From the NCBI GenBank assembly GCA_040954595.2, contig CM082588.2:4528156-4592155 (forward strand): a stretch of DNA of 64,000 bases, in the 5' to 3' direction. The position numbers and the translations under genes are program-made. The notes under the pieces are model-generated. The model was not told the origin of the DNA, did no database searches, and was given only the letters and a program-made list of their open reading frames with translations. Shown one piece after another: positions 42,401 through 55,132 of the stretch; the first letter of the stretch is position 1; each line of letters starts with the position of its first letter. This DNA comes from Balanoglossus misakiensis (Eukaryota; Animalia; Hemichordata).

Positions 42401-44640
42401 CTTTTTTTTTCTTTTCTAGAATGAGAAATTACCAACTGACCTTCGCGAGAATAGTACAATCAATGCAAATAGGTATGTGAATTTGTCGAAATACCACCGT
42501 AGTCGTTATATATAGATTTACTTCTTTCATGCTTTTAAGCTATATAGTGAAACGGGACCTTGAAATTCCGACAACACTTGGCGTACACAAGGTCGACAGA
42601 GAAGATGATTCTCGTGATGGATGACGGAGGAGATAACATGAATCAGGTTGTGCGAAGAAAACCATTATCACGGCCGTCATTGGCACGTCGTAAAAATCGT
42701 ACGAGCTGGCGACTGTGAAGAACTTCGGATAAATTTTGAATGAAAGCGAGGCTGGCAATCAAATATCTTCACTGTCTCTCTCCAAACCAGTCACGTGACG
42801 GGCTGAAATGTGCCTGTATCGGAAAATTATCACCGTATCACCACGGGGAATTATTTTTTAGTGTGCTCATTACCTTTTTTATTGCATGGGTCGTATTTCC
42901 TTCACAAATATTACGAAAATATCCTTATACCCGAATTCACGTGCTGGCCGATAGCGGGGGCCGACTAAATCTTGACTTAGCTTTAATCATTCAGACTGCA
43001 CGTGCAGCCCACGAGATAGAGCTCGGTCCTTGGCCCCGTTGGCATATCGCATCCTGTTTTTTATGAATTTGCCGTTTCTTGGAAACGTGATGATTGCTAA
43101 TTTTTCTGTGTGGGAAGTTATTTACAATGAAAGCACGCTTTGGGAGAAGACGTTCACCTTGTATCTGAATCTTGGAGCGGAAATGATACACTTGACAATT
43201 TTCTCAGTGTGAAAAATAATATCCCAAAAATGTCATTATTACACCTACGGCATTTCATGCCAAAACAACCACTATTGTAATTTATAATTCTGTTATACTG
43301 CCCATGCCAATGGTCCCTCATATTTTATTGCACCGATATGAGAGAAACATTCGAATATCCCGATGGCACGAGAAGAACCACCGTGATGGCGGTGCTGAAA
43401 CAGAAACTCATCACATCATTAGAGCGGGAAATTCCGAACACGACAAATGATGAATCTCTCTTCTTTCACCCACAGTGCAACGTTTCAAATGACGTGCACA
43501 GGTCCTTACGATGCCCTTGGGTAGAAATCTCAATCAACCAGCCCTTGCCATGCGAAGTATAGCGTTCTCTTCATCTCCAACACGGCTCGGCGAAACGTGC
43601 GCATCAGCGACAGCTACGATCAAAATCGGCTGACCATTTTACGATCCAGTGGTCGTCTGGCTCCAATAACCTTGAACAGAATCTCGTAAAAACTTTACCG
43701 TTTCTTCTTACGAGCGCTGATTTTAGCTCTACGAGCACAGCGATGCAATTTTGCGCGGGCAGTAAATCATATTCCACTCCAATAAACGCTGCCGAGTATG
43801 ATTGAGTGTATTAGGACATCGAGAGAGTTGTAAATATATTGGCCCATGTCATATCAAGGTCAGACAAATATCTCTAGATCAGTGTGTTTCAACCTTTTAT
43901 TCACTCGGTCGTTGATACACCCAGCGTTGAAAATGCCCTTTTACAAACACACCCTCCCACGAGAATCATGGTTCTCACTTCCCGCGAAAGCTCCGAGTCA
44001 AAATGATGCCTTCATATGCATGTTTAGATCGTTGGGAAAGAAAGTCGATTTTTCTTCATCTGATGCGAGTTCGCTAACGAGCTTTTTATTAATATAAATA
44101 GTTTCTCTGAAACACGCCTGTGTCAAAAGGCTGCATCCTTTCTTTCAACGAGTACATTTGTTAAATCGGACCGTGCCCGAGGTGACCGCTCCCTCATCAG
44201 TCTCCGCTGTCATCTTCGAATTGAAAGCGTATAGGACGATTGGCTTCTAGAGGGGTCACTGGCCGGGCTAATTGCCGACACCCGGAACCAGCTGAAGTCG
44301 TATACAAAGTGATTGATGGTGTCTTAGACGTTGAGCTTGAAGTCGGCTTTGAAACCGAACAAAAAATAGACTCCGGTTTCAGGAAGTGACGCATGTGTGT
44401 TACCTGTCGGGCCATGTCGGACAGGAAATGAAGAAATGTCTCGCTTTGATAGTTAAATAAATTAATAGACGAGTATGTTACGCGTTTAATTTCCTCGTTG
44501 TTATGAAAGCCAAACACCATTAAATCCAAGCGTCGCAACGTTAGATGGGTTAACTTCTCGTTTCTTCCTGTATGCGTGTTTCGCTTTTCAATAAAAAGGT
44601 GCTTTAAACCAAGAGAAATATCCGCGCATACCGGCCAATG

Positions 44641-44700
44641 GACCGTTTCCCGAACTCAAAGCGGCCCTGCGAGATCTCGCGTGGCTAGGAAGTTTATATG
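44641..44700 (+). repeat. Dispersed repeat copy B (60 bp, core palindrome GCGAGATCTCGC)
   Basis: 50/60 ungapped identity to 5550-5609 by manual alignment. Confidence 0.8.
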
Positions 44701-45735
44701 GGAGGACATTACAGTGACAGTGATATAGCAAGACAACACATGGCCAATCGAGTTAAACAGCACAAAAGTCACACTTTGGTGGAAGCCATAGTTGACCATC
44801 ATGCTGGAAGTCACTAAACAAAGCACGCCTGTCAAACTTCCTGTTTTAATAAAAAAAATAATGCAAATTCTAATGGTTTGAAATATTGAAAAAAGTAAAA
44901 ATCACAAAAAAATGCAAAAAACCTGCATCTCATATCCTTAAGTTAAAGGTTTTATTTCCCCCAATGTGCGATATTAAATTCTTGCAAGCGGAAGGACGCC
45001 AACATGACAGTCACAGATGGCTTGACTATAAAACAACGGAAAGGTCTTTAGTCTTACCAAGTGCTGGGGTCGACAAATAGTAACCAAAATATTGAAGCAA
45101 AGGTCAGTCGCCTCGATAGCACCCATTAGCCGAAGTGCATGCACTATTAAGCGCGGAGGGATACGATCACCGTGATTGCTAGTGCGGTGCGGTTTTCTTT
45201 TTGTGTGCGCTATGCCGCGATCTGGTTAATTTACAACCCGGTGGCGGTTTAGTGAGCTGGCTAGCACCCTCCTGGTGCTGTGGCCCAAACAAACACACTG
45301 TGTTCAGAAATATCGCAATGGCAAACACGAGGCTGAGATTGACTGTCTGTTCGCTCGCGGACAATAGTCACTGGCAACTTCATTACTGAACGAGCTTAAC
45401 TTGAAAATCGTCGATAGATGGAATGTCGAACTTTGAACTGATATGGCAGGATATCGAACGACGAAACAAGATAGCAGAACAACATTCTATGATTACGGTA
45501 CGATAGGCGGCAGTGCAGGTGTTTCTAATGACAGTTTTGCCCGAAGGGAGTCAACGCTCCCCGTGCTTTAGCGCATGCGTCAATATTTTTTCAGTTTATC
45601 CATGTCGAGAGCAAATATATATATATTTTTTTTGTATTCATGACGACGCTCCCTATATTTAGCCGATTTAGGTCCCTTACAGATACCTATTTTCCCAATT
45701 TTGTGTAAATCGTGATTAACTTCCCTGTTATGCTG

Positions 45736-45802
<67 letters not shown>

Positions 45803-45816
45803 CGGATGATGATGAT
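45736..45816. repeat. (GAT)n microsatellite
   Basis: Directly visible, one CG interruption near the 3' end. Confidence 0.97.
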
Positions 45817-46689
45817 ACAGACGGACACAAAGACAGACAGACAGGCACACAGACACACACAGACAGACAAAAGCTTGCGTTGCTTTGGAAAAAGAACCTT
45901 CAACGATCAGGGAAAGTTTAAAATAACCGACCAGGGTCGTTTCATGTTAACGTTTTATTGGACAGTTTAATGTCAGTGGAAATTGAGTTTTATTTACTCG
46001 ATACGAATACATTGAACTAAATTAAAAATAACTGGCTCCAGTTGGTCGCGGGCGGTTGGACTCTGAAAAAAAAATCAAATTCGAGTTAGTCGTGTTTGAG
46101 GCTTTCACGTAATTACATTTATCCGCAATTAAGGAAGACGTGTATTAAAAAACCGAGCAATAAATAAATCAGTAATTACAAACTACGTCATCCTGATGCC
46201 ACTGACAAAGAGAATGATTTTTCCCTCTCGTCTAAGGCTACCGCGATATGGCGGGTCCACCACATTATTATAGTACAGGTGGTTAGTGTGACGTCATAAC
46301 AGTGTCAAGGACACAGCTCTCTCGACTTCCAATACAATAGCTGTTCTCTGCCGAGTTCATATCACATCAAATTGATCGCAAAACCCCCAACTGGACAGTG
46401 AAGTGATCTTGGAATCCTGGCGTTCAAATTAAGCGTACAGATGCTAGGCTGTGGTTAATTTATAGGCGCGTAAACCCAGCAGTCGTCAAATAAAACTGGA
46501 GTCATTGTGTAGCTTTTATTGCGGCCGCCACTTCTCGTAACTTTTCATCGAAATTTGCGCGTCCATTATTACCGCAGTGTTTATCACATCCACTGATGTT
46601 GGTGGCGCTGTGACATCGGGGCCGCTTGTGGTGCATAGGGGACACACAAATGTTTCCCCCTTCCTCGTCCTCGGAATTGCCTCTGTTTT

Positions 46690-46691
<2 letters not shown>

Positions 46692-46753
<62 letters not shown>

Positions 46754-46810
46754 TCTCCCCTCTCTCTCTGTCTCTCTTTGTCTCTCTGTCTCTCTGTCTC
46801 TCTGTCTCTC

Positions 46811-46858
<48 letters not shown>
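46692..46858. repeat. (CT)n microsatellite with CTGT interruptions
   Basis: Directly visible; source of the ERERER and SLSLSL pseudo-ORFs. Confidence 0.97.
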
Positions 46859-46860
<2 letters not shown>

Positions 46861-47226
46861 AATCATGATAATAGCATATCACACGTAAGGTAATACATTG
46901 TAGTAGCATAATGATACTATAATATTTAGCTGACGTAACCTGGATCTGTATACATATTCATTTACATGGATGCAATCATCCGAATTCCAACTGCCGGTCG
47001 ATATCATGTTACATTTATCCTTCATCTCTGTGTCCATGGTTATATGAAGAGCGCCATCTACGCTGGCAAAGAAATATTCCTATTTTTAAAAGCATTTCTT
47101 AATAATTGTGCTGATACATTTCTCCCCATCCCCTATTTTCATTTCCAAAACTCCTGTATTCTCGCAAGTTAGTTATTTTTGAAACACACATACATTAATC
47201 CATGGAGCAAATGGGGATATATTTAT

Positions 47227-47803
47227 GAACCTTGATGATCGGCCCCGTGTATAAAATCCTATCTAAGAACCTTAGTGATCGGCCCCGTGTATAAAATCCT
47301 ATCTAAGAACCTTGGTGATCGGCCCCGTGTATAAAATCGTATCTAAGAACCTTGGTGATCGGCCACGTGTATAAAATCGTATTTAAGAACCTTGATGATC
47401 GGCCCCGTGTATAAAATCCTATCTAAGAACCTTGGTGATCTGCACCGTGTATAAAATCCTATTTAAGAATCTTAGTGATCGGCCCCGTGTATAAAATCGT
47501 ATCTAAGAACCTTGGTGATCGGCCCCGTGTATAAAATCGTATCTAAGAACCTTGGTGATCGGCCACGTGTATAAAATCGTATCTAAGATACTTGGTGATC
47601 GGCCACGTGTATAAAATCGTATCTAAGAACCTTGGTGATCGGCCGCGTGTATAAAATCCTATCTAAGAACCTTAGTGATCGGCCCCGTGTATAAAATCGT
47701 ATCTAAGAATCTTAGTGATCGGCCCCGTGTATAAAATCGTATCTAAGAACCTTAGTGATCGGCCCCGTGTATAAAATCGTATCTAAGAACCTTGGTGATC
47801 GGC
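47227..47803. repeat. Minisatellite, 40-bp unit GAACCTTGGTGATCGGCCCCGTGTATAAAATCGTATCTAA, about 14.4 copies
   Basis: Head-to-tail copies with exact 40-bp period, substitutions only, no spacers. Confidence 0.98.
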
Positions 47804-49221
47804 TAGCGAAATATGGTTTGGGATAGGCTGGCACCTGTATGTTTTACGTACAAATATTATGAATATGTGGATGACTGAGTTGCCAAGCACCCGTATAAGT
47901 TGGTGGGGGCATTAACATACATGAAATTCATTATCAAAGAAACATTTTTCTGCAGATAAAGTACTTTCGCTACTTTTCAAGTTTCAGGAAAGCAGGTTGT
48001 TAAGTTTTCATTTGAAGGTGGCCTGCATTGTAATCCGTAAGCTTGGAGCTGTAGTACTACTTTCTGAATGTTTTCTCAACGATTCCAAGACGGAAGAAAA
48101 CATGGCTGATTATGGCAGTTTGGCCAAAATCTTTGCACAAATAAAAATTCCAACTTCTCCGATAAGTTAGGGCGAGTAAGTTCATCAGGCCTGTATCCCA
48201 AAGTGTTATCCAGGAATGTGTTAACTTTCATTGCATGCATAATTAAGCTTTTAGGCCCTGGTACATCAAAGACGAGTTCCTATATGCAATCCACACCGAT
48301 TCCACGCGCTATTCCTATTGCAAAATTGGATTGCACCATGCTTTTGAAGTCGTTGTTGTTGCATGAGACTTGCACTGGTCGCGAAAGAAAATTCAGACGA
48401 CAACGAGTGGAACTTATCAGAATAAACTGTTTTAGTATTTCTTAGACCATAAAGACCAAAATCACTCGGTACATGAACACATCAACATGAGATTCACTCT
48501 CTCGTCCACCCATGGTCTTGAAAATGGTCGATTGATTGTACAAAAATCAGGATACGGATAAAACCATAGATGGTGTTTAAACATAGGTGTCATACAGTAC
48601 ACTTAATTTTGCGCTGAAAGAGAATTCTAAATTTTCTCCGTCAATTTTGCCATCTGAAAATCGAGATTATTAACTAAAACCATATATCGAAGAAGTGTTT
48701 ATGCTGGGCACTCTGAATTCTATTTTTACATCTTTTATAACAGGTGATAAAGCATGCGTCGAAAGGTGCGTGAACTCGTGTGTGAATCGTGGGAACTGTG
48801 GGTTAACTGACGAATCACACATATGAAGTGTTAATCTAATTAATATGGATGAACGACCCTCTATAAATATACAGTATTCAGTGAAATTGTGCTTGAGAGG
48901 AATATGTACCATTTAATAGTTAAAGTGATGTGGAAAACTTCTTTTGATTTGCCTGAAGTTGTAAGTCCTGGCCAATACATGATACAGACAAATTTCTTCT
49001 CTGATTTTTTTCTCAGATGCGAATCTCTCCCAGTACATCATTGAAATCATCGTTGGTGGCGTATATGTGATAATCTGCCGAACTCCACATGTGAATATTG
49101 AGCATTACACATGCAAACAAGGGACATGCATTTGTTAAGTGGTAGTACCACAGACGTCAGACGTGTGTATTATCATTCAAATACGCGGATACCTGTGTCT
49201 TCTATGGTCACTTTTTAAGTC

Positions 49222-49835
49222 AGTGGCTGTATCACTATCAGAGAATCGTGAGGTCATCACCCGAAGGCGGAGCTTTCGTTGTGTGCGCCCCTTTTTGATT
49301 CGACAATCTCGAATTCGCGCCACCCGGACAGAGGACAGTGTGTTCCCCGTCAGTGGTTCAAATATTACGTCGCACAAAGATTCTGGCTGTGGAAGTATTG
49401 GAACTAGTTCACAGCATCCTGGACTGTGTGTTCGACTCACCAAGCATGTTAACCGTATTTTGGAAGATTAAGTTATCGATCTGACCGCAACAAGATACTG
49501 TGTCCATTTCACACACAAAACAATACTTGTGTGTCACAGGGCTTCGAGCTTCGTTCATCATCATCCAGAGAGAGTGTTGTGTGACTCAAACAACAGTGTG
49601 AGATGTTGTAACTTTTTTTAATGGTATTCGTGTCAGACAACCCCGCTTGAACTTTTGGTAAACATATTGCGATCTTATCGGAGCAACCACCGAGTCGAGA
49701 TTTTCAAGTGTGATGACATTGTGATAGTGTGTTCTGTAATGGTCCAAGCGTTCGAATTCGGAGACAGGACTTAAAAACAGTCAACAAAAACACAACGGGA
49801 AAGACTACCAGTTGACTCACGACGATATATACATG
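49222..49835 (+). other. ankrd6: Putative non-coding first exon of the ANKRD6-like gene (start approximate)
   Basis: Consensus donor ATG|GTAAGT at 49835/49836 followed by T-rich intron-like sequence; CpG-rich context; Inr-like TCAGT at 49220; CpG depletion starts shortly downstream. Splicing to 60782 is inferred. Confidence 0.45.
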
Positions 49836-52588
49836 GTAAGTTGAGAGACATTACGTGTTACTTCTTTGCCTTTCGTGTATTTTTTTGTAGTTTTTCGTCC
49901 GCGTCTTTGTCTTATGATCGTATGTACATTTCAAACTTAAAATTTGCATAATGTCCCCCATTGAGTTTGTTACTCTATACATAGTGTAACGAATATGCGC
50001 ATTGTAATATTAGTCAGTCAGCCATTAACTGCTGAAATGAACATCTGCGTTGACATACCAGTAGTACTAGTAGCCAGGGATTATATTATAGGGGTAGTCA
50101 CTTAAACGAAACAATTTTTAATACCAAAATAACAGCGCGCTTAATTTATGCCCCCCGTCATGATGAAAGAACAAAAGAGATTATCAATCGACACACTGGC
50201 TTTGCTACGGTGTACTGCAGCAATGTTGTAGCGCGTGCTGTTGGGTTGGGCTGCGAACACACCAGTCAACCTGGCAGCACCCGCTACAATCATTGGTATT
50301 GCAAGCTATTCGTAAGGTAACGCCATTTAGGGTTAGGTGTTTATCATCACAGGAAAAGCCTACTCGACTCGATGACTGTTGTCAGGCCAAAAGGCGGACA
50401 CAATTGATCGCCGCAAAACCACAGCCCTGTCATGATCACATCATGTGTAGCAAAAGTTGTAGTACTATGTAGTAACACTCAAATGTCTTGTATGTCGTGA
50501 AATTACATGTATTTCAAATAGACTATTCCCCCCCCCCAAAAAAAAAAATGCACGAACTCATGTTACTGCTAAGACAGATTTAATAATTGAATAGTACACA
50601 TGAACTAAGCTTATTGATTGGTGGATTCCACATTTCAAACACTTAAGTCTTACACACAACAAATATTGACAGATAAAAGTCCTCTGTTCCCAACTTTTAA
50701 CCGCCTAAGATTACTTTTTTCCCCAAAAAATTCAAAGTTCAATTCTTAAATGTGCACAATGGGGGGTCAGTCTTTTGTTTCATTTTCAAGTTCACAGATC
50801 ATACAGGCTGAATTATGCGTAACACATTCCGGGCATAACTTGTCCTATTGTAAACTATCAAAAGAAAAAAAAAACTACAGTTTATGGAGTACAAATTCAG
50901 ATTCCATTTGCTGTTTCAAGAGAGTGATTTTGCTGGAAAAGATTTTACCTGTAGCTGAAGACAGTTCGAAAGACTGTCTGATAAGTTCTGTACACACTGT
51001 AATCAGACTACTGAGGTCATTCATGATAGAATGAATGTTCAAGGGAGACACCTGTTCTCTGACTCACTAGATTTTAACCATAGGTGGGGCCCAATTAACA
51101 CCCCAAGCCCCTATACCCCCTGGCCTTGAGATAAAATAGATTTTGGCAGTTGAGTCAGGATTCTTTTGTTTTTCGTAATTAACACCTTCAGTTATAATCC
51201 CACATGTACTGGTATTGCAATGCAAATGTCCCACTACTTCCAAGCCTGGCTTTTGTGTTGACCTTTTAACACTTTCAGTTCCATATAGCCTACCAGCCAT
51301 GGTAAAAATCATATACCACAGCCATTGTGAAGAGAGAACATGGAACCAGTCATGAAAACAAAACAAGATGAACTTTTTTTTTGGGGGGGGGGAGGGGGGG
51401 GGCAAGCTTTAAAATCCAACAACCACTAACAGAGTGCATTTATTTTGGTACATTAAGCATTTCTTTCTGAAATTCAAATAAACAAAACCATGCCTTTAGC
51501 AAGCAGCTCTCACTCGTGCCGTAGCTGTGATTTGGCGTCGTATGAAAACACCACGAATTAACGTCCGTGCAATTTAACATGGCGGCCTATATGATGAAAG
51601 AGCTTTATACACAATACACCCTATTCATGAATATTTGTGTCGTTAGCGGTGTTACCAGGCATTTGGTGAGCCACCATTGAAACATATAGACTGTTTTTTT
51701 TTACCACAAGAATTAAAATTTATCTCTAGAACACTTCATGGGTATTGACACCAGAATTTTATGTCAGGTACCTATAATCTGTAGGTGTAACAGGCAGACT
51801 AAGTTGTTGTGCTTTGGTATATGGGACTTTGGCCCCATTTATTTCATTGTTTGTCCGTCCAAGCACATTGGTGTTGTGTTTTGTAGGAAAACAGTTTTTT
51901 TTCTCTCCGCAAAGGTCAAACGGACTCCCGGCCAGTTTCTGGCAGTTTTGGAGCCTTTTGAAAATAATCAGTGAATTTCTTTTTATATTTCAATGTTTTA
52001 ACTAGATACAGATCAATTCGTGTTTCAGTCTGTGTGTTTGTTCAGCAAGAGTACGTGAGCCTTTAGTTTGTCATTTGAGATACGTACGTATCTTATGTTC
52101 TGCTTACAGAAATATGCTGACTCATCGCAGATTCACTGACACCAGCAGTAGCAGCACGCTACCAAATTGATCTAGGGACAAAATAACAAACTGATTAACC
52201 TTTGCTCTTCTTTCAGTGACCCATAGCCACCGGAATTCTCTTATCTTCAAATGTATATAATAATATCAATCTACCTGTTACTTCTGTGACCTCAACAAGA
52301 CTAACAAAATATTTACCATGAGCAATTACAGAGTCTGAAAAATCAATAAATCGGTCATATGTCTCCCACCTTTGAATTCACACGTCTCAAAGGTTTAAAT
52401 TTGAAAAGTATCGACTGTCTAGGATATAGCAATGTTTGTCAATAACATTGATGCAAATTTATCCTTGATGCCGGCTTCGGAAAATTGTCAACAAGTGCTT
52501 CAAAAGTCCTTCAACTTACTTAGATCAAGGATGGTGACCTCTCATGTGGTAGTCAGAATGAAAAGATATTACCGGTAACAAAATGTCT

Positions 52589-52752
52589 TTAAAGGCCCTA
52601 TAACTTAAATTTGTTCATATTTATGTGCACAACCACAATCAGAAGTTGATGTGTTTGTGTATAGCTATAAGTAAGCTCATATAAATAGATCATTCTGAGT
52701 TTGAAAGTAAAATCATGAAATTAATGCAAAGTGGCAGCTATTGGGGCTTTAA
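52589..52752. mobile_element. Degenerate palindromic MITE-like element flanked by TTAA
   Basis: Left end TTAAAGGCCCTATA versus reverse complement of right end TTAAAGCCCCAATA (12/14); internal arms also mirror (TCAGAA..TGAT / ATCA-TTCTGA). TTAA target with AG..CT termini fits Kolobok-type non-autonomous elements. Confidence 0.55.
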
Positions 52753-53133
52753 TGTCATATTTTTGCATTGCTAGAATTGCCATGAATTACAGCTGCATCG
52801 TATAACTTCACAACTGCATTAGATGCTGAAATTGAGAGCTTACCCCAGGGACAGACTGTTAACCTGCGTCTAAGTTGGCCTACTGAATGGGAAAGAAACT
52901 GAGAAATTTGAAATCTAACACAAAGTCACTCCAGAAGCTGTTCATGCATGAAGTGGCTGTAGGGAGTGTCAAAGGGCCCTGACTCGGTGGAATTCCAACG
53001 CCATCAATTCAGGCAAAGTGGTTTCTGGAGACTGATAATGGTCATTGGACAACTTTCCACTGATAAAACATCAAAGGGGGTAGTGAAAAGTGTACCATAT
53101 GTACCATACAAAAACTGTGTGTTGGCCTGGGTT

Positions 53134-53242
53134 CTGTCTGTCTATCTGTCTCTCTCTCTCTCTGCCCATCTTTGTCTGTCTGTCTGTCTGTCTGTCTGTC
53201 AAGTTAAGTCTGTCTCTGTGTCCCTCTCTCTATCTCCCTCTT
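53134..53242. repeat. Degenerate (TCTG)/(TC) microsatellite
   Basis: Directly visible pyrimidine-rich tract. Confidence 0.8.
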
Positions 53243-55074
53243 TCTGCCACTTTACTCCACTTCATTATCATTGTATTAGAGTCACATTGCAGCTACATGT
53301 CGGTGTGCAATTAATGCTGACCTAGATGAAGTACATGTATATGTTCACCATGAAATGTTTGCACCTTGACAGGTTGGAAAGAGTGCCCTAATTCTTCTAC
53401 ATTGAGGTCATCAGTCATACATTCAAGCTTCATGTACATGTACACACTGTCCATTTCTTCGACCGTACTTCATTGAATAATTAAGTAGATCTTGTCAAGT
53501 ACAATGTGAACCCATTTTGACAATTTCAGTCACCACTCAGGTTTTGTTCCTCAAGCCCACCTAACTGGTTTTAGTCTACAAATCAAAGTTCTCTGTATAT
53601 AGATTACCATGTGATCAGGCAGATAAACTGGTTTGAAAGATCAGATGATCATCAACTCATGTCCTACTGACTGTGAATAAGGCAATCTGTATTGCTGCTA
53701 CAGCTAGATCATCAAAGAGTTCACCTATAATCAACCACAGGGACCTCTCTTGCCACCAGATGCTATACTTAGAAATGAAACATGCTTCGCTTCATTTCAT
53801 TCAGATAACCTTATTATGTACTTCACCAATATTGATTATATCATAACTTGTTAAATTACAAACGTGTGAAGATGATGAGTCGGTTAGTTTCCATCAAAAG
53901 GTGACAATTTTCAGCCTGAAGACATTTTGCTTTATTTAGAAGACATTAATATGAAAAATGTGATATTTTAAGAAAGTGTTATCCAACAGGAATGTTTACA
54001 CATACATACTGAAGGCTAGCTTTCATCCTGGGATTGATGTTTGCCAGTGAATAGGATAAGTAAGAGCTTCCTTGTCAGTTCCAAGACATACATAAAAGAC
54101 AGAGTGGGTTAATAGATGAATAAAAACCCAAAGGAAAGGGACATGAAACCTAGTCTGTCCATTGAGACCTTCAGATACAGCGGTAAACTACTTTGTTTTT
54201 AGTGTGGATTGCATTACCTGTTGTTCTATAATCCTTCTGTAGACTACATCGTGTAATAATTATGCAAGCTTAGAGCCACCACCTGCCCAGTGAGATATGT
54301 CTCGGAATGTATCCCCTCAGAGCAGATGTTCACTGAAATAAGAGTCTCAGGGATTTAACATTTCTTAAGACAACATTTCAAAGAACCAGTGTGGTTAAAA
54401 CAAAAGGGTCAGTGTTGTCAAAGGAACTCAAGCAGCTTTTTTTTTTACTTCCATGAATGATCTTTGTCTCAGTAAATCACTACAATACCTGTACAGCTGC
54501 CAGTGCCTTTAATTATAATATGCTGTACTGGTACAGAAACTAATGTGGAAATGTTACTTCTTGTACATTTTCTTTTTGGTTTCATTTTCTAGCCGTGCAC
54601 AGAAAACACATGGCTAGTATCCCTGATCAGTCAACCCAACACAGCAGACCAACCATGCCTTTATATAATCCAATGCCGGCTGCTTTCAACTTCTCCAGTG
54701 ACGCAACATCCACCCATTCAATCATCCGTTTCTAAATTTAAATGAAAAGTCACCATTGCCTTTTGTAAATTAGAACTGGAAGCTGGCCCTTAGATATCCG
54801 GGAAAGTTAGCCCCCAGAACAATTTCCAGCTGAACAGTTGTTGCATGTTCTTTTCTGCAGTGATTTTGAAGTTATTTTGGGAATTCAATTATTGATTTGT
54901 ACTGTTGGTTTTGCCTTGCTATGCAACAAGACTATTTTATCCACTTGACGGACAAATAAAATTCCACTTCAGCTAAGGGGTGCATTGTCATGAAAACATA
55001 CAATTTATATTGTAACTTTTAAATTCATCCCTTTACTATAGCCATTTAAAAATTTCATCTTCAGAAGTCAAGAT

Positions 55075-55132
55075 GAGGGCATTGACTTCTGGGCGAGGAA
55101 GACGAGGGCATTGACTTCTGGGCGAGGAAGAC
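55075..55132. repeat. Perfect 29-bp tandem duplication (GAGGGCATTGACTTCTGGGCGAGGAAGAC x2)
   Basis: Identical copies at 55075-55103 and 55104-55132. Confidence 0.95.

Noticed and set aside
45580-46909. Poly-Ser and ERERER/SLSLSL ORFs
   Set aside because: Translations of the (GAT)n and (CT)n microsatellites.
47227-47803. Possible CRISPR array
   Set aside because: Units abut with no unique spacers, there are no cas genes, and the context is eukaryotic.
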